The position numbers were made by a program, and so were the translations under genes. From the NCBI GenBank assembly GCA_963785305.1, contig CAWAUV010000008.1:864001-928000 (forward strand): 64,000 nt of DNA, in the 5' to 3' direction. Origin of the DNA: an uncultured Planctomycetaceae bacterium. GTDB taxonomy: Bacteria > Planctomycetota > Planctomycetia > Pirellulales > PALSA-1355. Positions within the stretch are counted from its first letter, which is position 1. Every line of letters begins with the position of its first letter. This document shows positions 53,828-64,000 of the stretch, piece after piece. Below the pieces are notes generated by a model. It ran no database searches, had not been told where the DNA came from, and saw nothing but the letters and a program-made list of their open reading frames with translations.

Positions 53828-56800
53828 GCCTGTTTGATGAGTCAAGCTCGCCTCGGGCGTCGCGCGAATCCGTTTCTGGCCCCGGTTTGGCCGAATCGGC
53901 GTCGGCGAGCCGCGCGAACACGACGCCCGCCGCCGCATCTGGGGCGCATGGCATGGGGAGCGTCGCGCAGCTCGCGGCCGCCGGGTCGCTGCCGGTCATT
54001 GGGGCCGACGAGCCGCGAATCGATCTTCCGGCCGTGCGTCGCATGCTCGACGCCAATGGCGGCAAAGACTATTGGCGAAGCCTCGAGCAGTTGTCCGAGA
54101 CGCCCGGCTTCCGCGATTTTCTCGAGCGCGAGTTCCCTCGACACGCGGCCGTTTGGGATGAAAGCTTCGATCGTCGTAAGTTCTTGGGTCTCATGGGCGC
54201 GTCGCTCGCCTTGGCCGGCGCGAGTGGCTGTTTGCATCAGCCCGAAGAAAAGATCGTGCCCTACGTTCGCCAGCCCGAGGGCATCACGCAAGGCGAATCG
54301 CTTCACTTCGCCACCGCGATGCCGCAAAACGGCTATGCCGAGCCGCTCTTGGTCACCAGCCGCATGGGGCGGCCGATCAAGGTCGAAGGCAATCCCGAGC
54401 ATCCAGCCAGCCGGGGCGCGACCAACATCTTTTCCCAGGCCTCGATCCTGGATATGTACGACCCTGATCGGTCGAAGACTCCCTTGTTTCGCGGCAGCAT
54501 CGAGACCTGGGGGCATTTTGTCGAGAGCATCGAAAGCACGTTGCCCAAGCTGCGGGAGTCGAAGGGCGCCGGCCTTCAGATTTTGACTGAAACCATTACC
54601 TCGCCCTCGATCGCCGCTCAAATCGAGGGCCTGCTACGGGATTTCCCCGAAGCCAAGTGGCGAGCCTATCAACCGCTGCATCGGGCCAGTGCCCGCGCCG
54701 GGGCGAAGGCCGCCTTTGGCGAGGAGTTGGCGCCGGTTTACAAGTTCGATAAGGCCGAGGTGATCCTGGCGCTCGACTGCGATTTCCTCGGCGATCTGCC
54801 GGGCAGTGTGCGCTATGCTAGTGACTTTGCCGACGCCCGGCGCGTGTGCGACAATCCCAAGTCGATGAGCCGGCTGTATGTGATCGAGAGCACGCCCTCG
54901 CTCGCCGGCGCCAAGGCCGACCACCGTTGGCGCGTGGCTTCGAGCAAAATCGAGTCGATCTTGCGGGCGCTGGCCGGCAAGCTGGGTGTCGACGTGGCTC
55001 GCTCGGGCCCTTCGGCCGAAGTGCTCGACAGCAAGGAATTCTCGGTGCTGGTCGATGAGCTCAATGCGCACATGGGCAAGTGCTTGGTCGTGGTGGGCGA
55101 TGGTCAGCCGGCCGCGGCGCATGCCCTGACGCATGCGATCAATCACGCGCTCGGAAACGCTGGCGCGACGGTTGATTATGTCGAGTCGGTTGAAGCCACG
55201 GTCGGCGGCGGGCCCGGCACGCTTTCCGATCTCGCCACCGATCTGCGGCAAGGCAAGGTCGAGACCCTTTTGATTCTGGGCGGCAATCCGGTGCATTTCG
55301 CGCCGGCGGATATCGAGTTCAAGGCCGCGCTGGAAAAGGCGCTGGGTCTGGGCGAGGAAAAGGGCAATGGCTCGCTTAAGCTCTGCATTCGGCTGGGCGA
55401 GTATTACGACGAAACCTCGCTGCTGTCGCACTGGCACGTTCCGGCGGCTCATTACCTCGAATCGTGGAGCGATGCCCGGGCCTACGATGGCACGCCGACC
55501 ATCATTCAGCCGCTGATCTCGCCGCTGTACGGCGGCAAGACCGTGCAGCAAGTGCTCGGGGTGTTCGAGGGTCGCTCGGGCCTGTCGGCCTATGAACTGG
55601 TGCAGTCGTATTGGCAGACCCGCTTGGGCGGCGAATCGAAAACCAGCGACGATGTCAACAAAGCCTGGCGCAAGTTCATTCACGACGGTCTGCTGGCCGA
55701 CGCCAAATCGCCGGTGAAAAACGGCGAGTTGAAGTTCGACGACAAACCGACCCGCGCGACTCCGGCGGTATTGCCGAGGAAAAGTCCGGGGGCCGATCGG
55801 GCAAGACGGTCGAAGTCGTCATCACGGCCGATCCCTGCATCGGCGATGGCCGCTATGCGAACAATGTCTGGCTCCAAGAGCTCGCCAAGCCGCTCACCAA
55901 AATCGTGTGGGACAATGTGGCCCTGGTGAGCCCGGCCACCTGCGAAGCGCTCGGGCTGGCCAATGGCGATGTGATTCGTCTCAAGACCGCGGTTGGCAAT
56001 GTCGTCGAGGCGCCGGTGTGGCTGATTCCGGGTCAGGCCGACGATGTCGTGGCTCTTTCGCTGGGCTATGGTCGCGAGCGAGCCGGCCGAATCGGCTCGA
56101 AGACCGGCTACAATGCCTATCGCATTCTCGAGTCGAGCGGATCGCATTCTGGAAAACGTCGAGATCACGAAGACTTCGGCCAAGTACAAGCTCGTGGCCA
56201 CGCATGACCACTGGAGCATGGAAAGCCGAAATCTGGTGCATGCCGAAACATTCGCCAAGCTGGGCGAAGCGCATTCCCGCGGCGAACACGGCGAAAAGAA
56301 CGAGGAAAAAAACGAGGAAAAGAAGCCGGAGGAGCACGGCTCGGGCGGCGAGAGCTCGCTCGAGGCGAGCGAGGAAATGCTCGACCGCCTGCGCGGCTTC
56401 AAGGAGAGCGGCGAGCCCGATGTTCACCTGTTCGCGCCCTACGAATACAACCTCAACAAATGGGGCATGGCGATCGACCTGACGACATGCACCGGCTGCA
56501 ATGCCTGCGTGGTCGCCTGCCAGGCGGAGAACAATATCCCGGTCGTGGGCAAGGAACAGTGCGGCGTGGGCCGCGAGATGCACTGGCTGCGGATCGATCG
56601 CTACTATCGCGGCAGCATCGACAATCCGGAAACCTACTTTCAGCCCGTGGCCTGCGTGCATTGTGAAGACGCGCCGTGCGAGCTGGTGTGTCCGGTGGCG
56701 GCCACGGTCCACGACGCCGAGGGCCTGAATAACATGGTCTACAACCGCTGCGTGGGCACGCGGTATTGCTCGAACAACTGCCCCTATAAAGTGCGGCGGT

Positions 56801-57222
56801 TCAATTTCTTCAATTACACGAAGATCACCGAGCCCACGCTCAAGATGCTGCAAAATCCGGAAGTCACGGTGCGCAGCCGCGGCGTGATGGAGAAGTGCTC
56901 CTACTGCGTGCAGCGGATCGACGCGACCCGCATCACCGCCAAGAAGGAAGCGCGGCCGATCAAGGATGGTGAAGTGCGCACCGCCTGCCAAGCGGCCTGC
57001 CCCTCGCGGGCGATCAGCTTCGGCAACTTGAATGACCCCGAGAGCAAGGTGCTTCGGCTGCACGAATCCCCCTTGAGCTATGGCTTGCTCGACGAGCTGG
57101 GAACGCGCCCGCGCACGCGTCACTTGACCTGTGTGCGGAACACGAACATGGAGCTCGGCGCGTTGGCCGACAACGATACGAAAGTGCCGGGGAAGTCATT
57201 CAACTTGGAAGACCTGCCCTGA
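53824..57222 (+). CDS. actB: Alternative complex III molybdopterin-like/Fe-S subunit, frameshifts ~55770 and ~56145
   Basis: YWRSLE, TAT motif [44 protein letters not shown]. Confidence 0.93.
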
Positions 57223-57327
57223 GCGAGCCCGGCCGGAAACGCGACGAAATCCGAGCGACGACGGTAAAAAAGTAAAAGATTCAAACTAGCGGCGAATTGA
57301 GCGACGAGACGCCCGAGCGACGAACCC

Positions 57328-58722
57328 ATGACGCAAACCATCGAAACGTCCCCCAGCGGCTGGATCGACTTCCACGGTCCCGATAGCGTGCCCGTGCTCG
57401 CCAAGGGCGAGACGTACGAATCGGTGAACGAGAACATTCTGGGCATTCCGCTCAAGAAAGGTTTGTCGTCCCGCTGGCTGCTCGGCTTCACGATCGCATT
57501 CGGTCTGCTGAACCTGTTCGTCATTACGTCGATTTATCTGGTCACGACCGGCATCGGCATTTGGGGCACCACGCTGCCCACGATGTGGGCCTTTCCGATC
57601 ATCAACTTCGTGTGGTGGATCGGTATCGGCCACGCCGGCACGTTCATCTCCGCCTTCTTGCTTTTGCTCCGCCAGCAGTGGCGCACGAGCATCAACCGCT
57701 TCGCAGAGGCGATGACCCTGTTCGCCGTGGCTTGCGCCGGGGTGTTTCCGCTGTTGCATATGGGCCGGCCTTGGCTCTTCTACTGGTTGTTTCCGTATCC
57801 GAGTTCGATGACGGTGTGGCCGCAGTTCCGCAGTCCGCTGGTCTGGGACGTGTTCGCCGTGTCGACCTACGGCACGGTGTCGCTGTTGTTCTGGTACGCG
57901 GGCTTGGTGCCCGACGTGGCGGCGCTGCGTGATCGGGCCAAGAACCGGCTGGTGGCGACCATCTATGGCATGATGGCCCTGGGCTGGCGCGGCTCGGCTC
58001 GGCACTGGCAGCGGCACAACGCGGCTTACACCCTGCTGGCCGCCCTGAGCACTCCGCTGGTGTTGTCGGTGCATAGCATCGTGGGCATGGACTTCGCGGT
58101 GGCGATCGTGCCCGGCTGGCATAGCACGATCTTCCCGCCGTACTTCGTGGCCGGCGCCATTTTCTCGGGCTTCGCCATGGTGGTCACGCTCGCGATTCCG
58201 CTGCGGTATTACTTCCACCTGGAAAACTACCTGACGATTCGCCATATGAGCAACGCGGCCAAGGTGATGTTGCTCACCGGCTCGATCGTGGGCTATGGCT
58301 ATTTCACCGAAGTGTTCATCGCCTACTACAGCGGCAACACCTACGAACGCTATGTGGCGATCAATCGTTGCTTGGGCCCCTATGCCTGGAGCTACTGGGC
58401 GATCGTGATCATCAACATCTTCGTGCCCCAGATCTACTGGTTTCCGAAGATTCGCTCGAACATGAAGATCTTGTTCGTGTCGTCGCTCGTGATTCAGGTC
58501 GGCATGTGGCTCGAGCGGTTCATGATCATCATCACGAGCCTGCACCGCGACTACCTGCCGAGCTCTTGGGGTATGTTTTATCCGACGTTCTGGGACATCA
58601 CGATGCTCCTGGGCACGATCGGCTTGTTCTTCACGTTGTTTTTCCTGTTCTGTCGCGTGCTGCCAGTAATCGCCGTCGCGGAGATGCGCGAACTGGTGCA
58701 TGAACAACACGCAGGCCACTGA
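57328..58722 (+). CDS. actC: Alternative complex III NrfD-type membrane subunit
   Basis: [41 protein letters not shown]. Confidence 0.95.
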   Translation: MTQTIETSPSGWIDFHGPDSVPVLAKGETYESVNENILGIPLKKGLSSRWLLGFTIAFGLLNLFVITSIYLVTTGIGIWGTTLPTMWAFPIINFVWWIGIGHAGTFISAFLLLLRQQWRTSINRFAEAMTLFAVACAGVFPLLHMGRPWLFYWLFPYPSSMTVWPQFRSPLVWDVFAVSTYGTVSLLFWYAGLVPDVAALRDRAKNRLVATIYGMMALGWRGSARHWQRHNAAYTLLAALSTPLVLSVHSIVGMDFAVAIVPGWHSTIFPPYFVAGAIFSGFAMVVTLAIPLRYYFHLENYLTIRHMSNAAKVMLLTGSIVGYGYFTEVFIAYYSGNTYERYVAINRCLGPYAWSYWAIVIINIFVPQIYWFPKIRSNMKILFVSSLVIQVGMWLERFMIIITSLHRDYLPSSWGMFYPTFWDITMLLGTIGLFFTLFFLFCRVLPVIAVAEMRELVHEQHAGH

Positions 58723-59278
58723 TAGGCCCGTAATGCAAGAAACCGCGAACGACGAACTGTACGGCCTGCTGGCCCAATTCGAGACGCCCGAGCGGCTTGT
58801 CGAGGCGGCCAGGCGCACCCGCGCGGCTGGCTATCGCAACATCGAGGCGTATATCCCGTTTCCGATCCACGGGCTCGACGAAGCCCTGGGTCGGAAGCGT
58901 TCGATGATTCCGCTGCTGTCCTTGGCTGGCGGCTTCGCCGGAGCGTTTACGGCCTATGGCCTCGAGTATTACTGCTCCGCGGTGGGCTATCCGCTCAATA
59001 TCGGCGGCCGGCCGATGAATAGCTGGCCGCAGTTCATGCCGATCGTGTTCGAGCTCACGGTGCTGGGAGCCGCGTTTGCCGCGTTTTTCGGCTCGATGAT
59101 CCTCAACGGCCTGCCGCATCCGCATCATCCGCTGTTCAATGTGCCGGAGTTCAAGCTGGCGAGCCAAAATCGCTTTTTTCTCGCGATCGAGGCGAGCGAT
59201 CCCCAGTTCCGCATCGCCGAGACACGGCAATTCTTGGAAGGCCTGCCGGTCGAGCAGGTATACGAGGCGCCGAAATGA
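58700..59278 (+). CDS. actD: Alternative complex III DUF3341 subunit
   Basis: [23 protein letters not shown]. Confidence 0.92.
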   Translation: MNNTQATDRPVMQETANDELYGLLAQFETPERLVEAARRTRAAGYRNIEAYIPFPIHGLDEALGRKRSMIPLLSLAGGFAGAFTAYGLEYYCSAVGYPLNIGGRPMNSWPQFMPIVFELTVLGAAFAAFFGSMILNGLPHPHHPLFNVPEFKLASQNRFFLAIEASDPQFRIAETRQFLEGLPVEQVYEAPK

Positions 59279-59949
59279 CCACGATGCGAAACCACCTAGC
59301 AGCACATGCCCAGCCGCTTGCGCCCGGGGGCCGGTGGCGCTGGTCGCGCGATCGCCGCGCGTCGGCCGCCGGCTATTGACGCTTTCGGCCGTGATCGCGG
59401 CGCTCGTCGGACTGGCCGGCTGCGACATGCTCGACATGTACAACCAGCCGCGTTACAAGACGCTCAGCGAGGAAGACTTCTTCGCCAACGGCCAGTCGGC
59501 CCGACCGCTGGTCGAGGGCACGGTGGCCCGCGGCCAACTCGAGGAAGACCAAGCGTTCAATACCGGCAAACTCAACGACAAATATGTCGATGACATTCCC
59601 GATTCGGTCAAGGTCGACAAGGCGCGTCCTCGAGCGGGGCCAGGATCGCTACAAGATCAGCTGTCTGATGTGCCACGGCACGACCGGCTACGGCGATGGC
59701 GTAGTCGTGCTGCGAGGTTTTAAGATCCCCCAGTCGTTTCATACCGATCGGATTCGCAAGCTTCCGGCCGGGTACTTGTTCGAAGTGATTACCAAAGGCT
59801 TTCAGACGATGCCGCCCTGCAACTTGCAGAACGATCCGCATGACCGCTGGGCGATCGTCGCCTATATGCGGGCCCTTGAGCTAAGTCAAAATGCCCGCAA
59901 GGAAGACGTGCCCGAGGACAAGACGATCCTCGAGGAGGCGAGCCGATGA
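59275..59949 (+). CDS. actE: Alternative complex III monoheme cytochrome c lipoprotein, frameshifted
   Basis: LAGC lipobox, DMYNQP, GTVARG, CLMCH, DRWAIVAY. Confidence 0.88.
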
Positions 59950-61399
59950 CATCGCCCAATACCCCCGCCGGCGGACACGGCGGCTCCGGCAGCTTTGGCG
60001 GCTCCGGCAGCTTTGGCGGCTCCGGCAGCTTTGGCGGCTCCGGCAGCTTTGGCGGCCCCGGTGGTTATGACAATCCGGCGTATAAGTCGCCTGGCTTCGG
60101 CCCCGCCCCGCCGCTCACGATCCAAGAGACCTTGGGCAAATGGCGATTATACGGCCTCGCGGCCGGCGCGGCGGGCACGTTGGTGTCGTTGCTCGGCGCG
60201 ATCACCTCGCCGAACATGTTCTATCCCTCGTACCTCGTCGCGTTCTTGTTCTGGTTTTCGATCACGATGGGCTGCTTCGTGGTCACGCTGCTCCACACGC
60301 TCAGCGGTGGCATGTGGGGGCAGGTGCTCCGCCGAGTGCTTATGGCGGTGCTGACCACGATGCCGCTCTTCGCCCTTTTGTCGCTGCCGATCGGCATCGG
60401 CGTGAAATACATCTATCCCTGGGCCCAGGTTCAAAGTTCCGACAGTGAGTCCGCTTCGGTTTCGGCTCATGGCGACGAATCGCCGGCGTTGGCCGCTTTT
60501 GCGCGCCCCACGAAGAAGACAAGGAGCTTGCCGCCAAGCGGCCCTATTTGAATCTGCCCGGATTTTATGTGCGGGCCGGGGTGCTGTTCATCATTTGGAT
60601 CGTGATCGCCACGCTCATGGAGCGCTGGTCGTGGGGCGACAGCGCCCGCGACGAGTCGATCCGCCGTCAATGGGCTTACCGCTTGGCCGGCCCGGGCCTG
60701 TTGATCTATTCGCTGTCGATTCTCGTGATGAGCACCGATTGGGTGATGTCGATCCAGCCGCACTGGTATTCGGCGATGTTCGGCGTGGCGATGATGGGGA
60801 TTCAAGCGATCAACGGATTCGCGTTCGCGATCCTGGCGACCTCGTATCTATCGCGGTGGTCGCCCTGGAGCGAGACCGACAAGCCTCGGCACTGGGGCGA
60901 TCTCGGAAGCCTGCTGTTCACGGCGACCATGTTTTGGACCTACACCGCGTTCATGCAGTATCTGATTATTTACGCGGGCAACCTGCCGATCGAAAGCACT
61001 TGGTTCATCAATCGCAACGGCAACGGCGGCGGCCCGACGAATAGCTGGATTTGGTCGTCGCGGCTGTTGGTGGTGTTTCACTTCTTCGTGCCGTTCATGT
61101 GTCTGTTGATGCGGCCGATCAAGCGAAACCGCAAGCTGCTCGCCTATGTGACCTGCCTGCTGATCGCGATGCATTTGGTGGAGTGCCATTGGCTGATCGT
61201 GCCGCCTTTGTATCCCGATGGTTTCGTGCTGCACTGGACCACGCCGATGGCGGTCGTGGCGATCGGCGGCTGGTGGGTGGCGATTGTCAGTTCACGGCTG
61301 CTGGGTAATCTGTCGCGGCCGATCCATGATCCCGAGTTCGAGAAAGCAAGCCATGCAAGAATCGAAGACCACGCCGACCTCGCCACCGTCGAATCATAA
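59946..61399 (+). CDS. actF: Alternative complex III membrane subunit, frameshift ~60510
   Basis: DWVMSIQPHWYS.MFG, DLGSLLF, WTYTAFMQYLII. Confidence 0.9.
59979..60050 (+). repeat. 4 x 18-bp perfect tandem repeat (GGSGSF) in actF
   Basis: GGCGGCTCCGGCAGCTTT x4. Confidence 0.95.
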
Positions 61400-61811
61400 A
61401 AACTACGAAGCCACCGACGCCAAGGTCAGCTATATCGTGATCGTGGCCGTGGCCACGGTCGTGATGGTGCTGATGGCCTTGCCGGTGGTGTCGATCACGA
61501 ACGCGTATTTCAAGGACTACATCGGGAAAGCGCAGCCGCTTTCGCCGTTGGCCGAAAATCCGACGCCGCCCGAACCGCGGCTCTTGGTGCATGAGAAAGT
61601 CGACTTTCAGCGACTGATGGCCGAGCAAGAGACCATCGCGAACGAATACCGCTACATCAACAAGCAAGAAGGCATCGTGCGCATTCCGGTCGATCGCGCG
61701 ATGGGGCTTTTACTCGATCCCTCGCGGCCGAAACAAAAAACCGAAATGCCGGGCAACGGGCTGCCTTCCGAAGAAACGGCGCCCAAGCCGGGCGAAAAAG
61801 CGCCCTCCTAA
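61353..61811 (+). CDS. ActG-like single-TM subunit
   Basis: YEATD + TM, PPEPRL, VRIPVDRAM; position after actF. Confidence 0.75.
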   Translation: MQESKTTPTSPPSNHKNYEATDAKVSYIVIVAVATVVMVLMALPVVSITNAYFKDYIGKAQPLSPLAENPTPPEPRLLVHEKVDFQRLMAEQETIANEYRYINKQEGIVRIPVDRAMGLLLDPSRPKQKTEMPGNGLPSEETAPKPGEKAPS

Positions 61812-61941
61812 TTCGCCATCCTCATAAATTACCGTCCTCACAAATTACTGTCCTTCGTGACCGGCCCGGCGAAGTTCGCCGTGCTCCAAGGTCGGAATAA
61901 AACCCACGATAATGCTGCCCGATAGACACGCGAACCGCTCG

Positions 61942-62859
61942 ATGACCCACGACGCCAAGAAACACGCGCTGCAATCACCGGCCCGCGGACTCCGCGACCG
62001 CCGCGGCAAGATCGAGCTCGTGGCGCTCGTGGGAATCGTGGCCTTGTTCGCATCGCTCGCCGCTCGTCCGGCGCTAGCCCAAAAGACCACCCCGCTGACC
62101 GATGTGCTCAAGGAGGTGGGCATCGATCAAAAGCTGGGAGAGCAAGTTCCACTCGACTTGGAGTTCGTCGACGAGCTGGGCCAGAATGTGCGGCTGGGCG
62201 ACTATTTCGGCAAGCGGCCGGTGGTGCTCACCATGGTGTACTTCCGCTGCCCGATGCTCTGCACCCAAGTGCTCAATGGATTTCTCAAGACCAGCGCCGG
62301 AGTGCCGCAGACGATCGGCCGGGACTACGATGTGGTGACCGTGAGCTTCGATGATCGCGAAGGTCCGAAGCTGGCCGCGGAAAAGAAGGCGTCGTATGTG
62401 AGCAAATACCATCGGGCGGGCGCCGACCAAGGCTGGCATTTCTTGACCGGCTCGAAGGAGTCGATCGCGCGACTGGCCGACGCGGTGGGGTTCCGCTACA
62501 AATACGAGCCGCGCAACGATCAATTTGCCCATGCCAGCGGGATCATGGTGCTCACGCCGGGCGGCAAGGTGAGCCGTTATTTTTTCGGCATTGAATACCC
62601 TCCTCGCGACATGCGGCTGGGGCTCGTCGAGAGCAGCGAGGGCAAGATCGGTTCGCCGATCGAGCGGATCCTGCTGCTCTGTTACCAATACGATCCCATG
62701 ACCGGCAAATATGGCCTCGTGATTTCGCGCGGGCTGAAGGCCGCCGGCTTGTTGACGCTCGGCGTGCTGGGCGTGTTCATGTTCTTCAGTTTTCGGAAGG
62801 AAATGCGGATGCCGCGGCTGACTCGCGGCGAGGCGCCGGCCGGTGGCCCCGTTCATTGA
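61942..62859 (+). CDS. SCO family copper chaperone
   Basis: YFRCPMLC, WHFLTG, QFAH; start uncertain (61912 or 61942). Confidence 0.92.
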   Translation: MTHDAKKHALQSPARGLRDRRGKIELVALVGIVALFASLAARPALAQKTTPLTDVLKEVGIDQKLGEQVPLDLEFVDELGQNVRLGDYFGKRPVVLTMVYFRCPMLCTQVLNGFLKTSAGVPQTIGRDYDVVTVSFDDREGPKLAAEKKASYVSKYHRAGADQGWHFLTGSKESIARLADAVGFRYKYEPRNDQFAHASGIMVLTPGGKVSRYFFGIEYPPRDMRLGLVESSEGKIGSPIERILLLCYQYDPMTGKYGLVISRGLKAAGLLTLGVLGVFMFFSFRKEMRMPRLTRGEAPAGGPVH

Positions 62860-62869
62860 GCGCGGTCCG

Positions 62870-62939
62870 CGGCCCATTGAAAACGGCCCATTGAAAACGG
62901 CCCATTGAGAGCGGCGTGTTGAAAGCAGTGCGTTGAAAT
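62870..62939. repeat. 14-bp tandem array (5 units, degenerating)
   Basis: CGGCCCATTGAAAA x2, CGGCCCATTGAGAG, CGGCGTGTTGAAAG, CAGTGCGTTGAAAT. Confidence 0.8.
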
Positions 62940-63041
62940 CGGCGAGCGTCCCTCGGCGAGATTCGGGGCCGAGGCGTTTCGGCGGCGAGCGGCGGTGGAG
63001 TTAAGTTCGAAGTCCTGGGCATCCCAGCAACGAGAGCTTTG

Positions 63042-64000
63042 ATGATTAGCAAGGGTTTTACTTGGTTTCCGGAGCAGGCTTCGTCGTTCGCGGCGCATGT
63101 CGACTATTTCTATTTCTTCATGGTCGCCATCAGCGTGCTCGTGTCGCTCGGCGTGGCCTTTTTCGTGGTGTACTTTTCGATCAAGTACCGCCGCGGTTCG
63201 CCGGCTGATCGCACCGAGACCGACAACCACCACACGCAGATGATTATCGAAGTGACTTGGATCGTCATTCCGTTTTTCATCGTCATGGCCATGTTCGGCT
63301 GGAGCGCCTGGGTATTTTACGAACTCGAAACCCCGCCCGACGACACGATGGAAATCGCCGTCGTGGGCAAGCAGTGGATGTGGAAATTCCAACATCCGAA
63401 CGGCCGCCGCGAGATCAACGAAATACACCTGCCGCTGAATCGCGCCGTGAAGCTGAAGATGATCTCGGAAGACGTGATCCACGATGTCTATATCCCGGCC
63501 TTCCGCATGAAGCACGACGTGCTGCCCGGCCAGTTCACCTATGAATGGTTCAAGCCCACGATGCCCGGCGAGTTTTATCTGTTCTGCGCCGAATACTGCG
63601 GCGCCGACCATTCGCTGATGAAGGGCCGGGTGGTGGTGCTCGACCAGGCCGAATACGAGGCCTGGCTCAAGGAAACCGCCCCGGTCGACACGCCCGCCGT
63701 GGCGGGCGGGAAGCTCTTCTCGCAAATGAACTGCACATCGTGCCACAAGGACCCGGGCGTCGAGGCCAAGGGGCCGTCGCTGGTGGGTCTGTTTGGGCGC
63801 GAAGTGAAGCTCGATGGCGGCAAGACCGCCACGGCCGACGAAGCCTACCTGCGCGAATCGATCCTGCGTCCGGCGGCCAAGGTCGTGGCCGGTTATCGGC
63901 CGATCATGCCGCCCTATGAAGCCGAGGCCAAGATCAGCGAAGAAGGATTGAACGATCTGATCGCCTACCTCAAATCGCTTTCCGGCCCCAGCGGAGCGGA
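63042..64000 (+). CDS. coxB: Cytochrome c oxidase subunit II with cytochrome c domain (caa3 type), 3'-truncated by the window edge
   Basis: Translated by hand: MISKGFTWFPEQAS, KQWMWKF, DVIH, CAEYCGADHSLM (CuA), CTSCH. Confidence 0.93.
   Translation, partial: MISKGFTWFPEQASSFAAHVDYFYFFMVAISVLVSLGVAFFVVYFSIKYRRGSPADRTETDNHHTQMIIEVTWIVIPFFIVMAMFGWSAWVFYELETPPDDTMEIAVVGKQWMWKFQHPNGRREINEIHLPLNRAVKLKMISEDVIHDVYIPAFRMKHDVLPGQFTYEWFKPTMPGEFYLFCAEYCGADHSLMKGRVVVLDQAEYEAWLKETAPVDTPAVAGGKLFSQMNCTSCHKDPGVEAKGPSLVGLFGREVKLDGGKTATADEAYLRESILRPAAKVVAGYRPIMPPYEAEAKISEEGLNDLIAYLKSLSGPSGA

Noticed and set aside
62870..62939. CRISPR array
   Set aside because: Contiguous 14-bp units with no spacers, and no cas genes in the window.
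1..64000. tRNA, rRNA, transposase, prophage or defence genes
   Set aside because: No recognisable signatures in the sequence or ORF track.

Overview
High-GC bacterial window, very probably from a planctomycete: it has a Planctomycete-type extracellular leader plus dockerin protein, a BBP7-like beta-barrel, a Gly/Tyr-rich TPR protein and HEAT-repeat proteins. Roughly 20 otherwise intact genes, including kdsA and the respiratory act genes, are broken by single-base frameshifts, most likely long-read errors. Content in order: a hybrid kinase end, sppA, envelope and secreted proteins, a C45 hydrolase fusion, an ArnT-like transferase, a sulfotransferase and kdsA. Next comes a methyltransferase/FAD-oxidoreductase pair with no adjacent type III PKS, then a ~13 kb stress island (hybrid kinase, NtrC-type activator, two stand-alone Hpt proteins, PRC-barrel, CsbD, DUF883, DUF1328, Zn-ADH). 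The window ends with a diguanylate cyclase, a GH144-like glucanase, rluA and the start of an alternative complex III + caa3 oxidase operon. Top finding: eight sigma54-type -24/-12 sites lie upstream of the stress-island genes, six of them as three divergent pairs, which suggests a sigma54/phosphorelay-driven general stress regulon. Several CTAG-flanked REP/MITE-like palindrome families and a possible degenerate primase (AEP)-fold protein are also present. No tRNA, rRNA, CRISPR array or transposase was recognised. Family calls come from motif recognition only; no database search was run.
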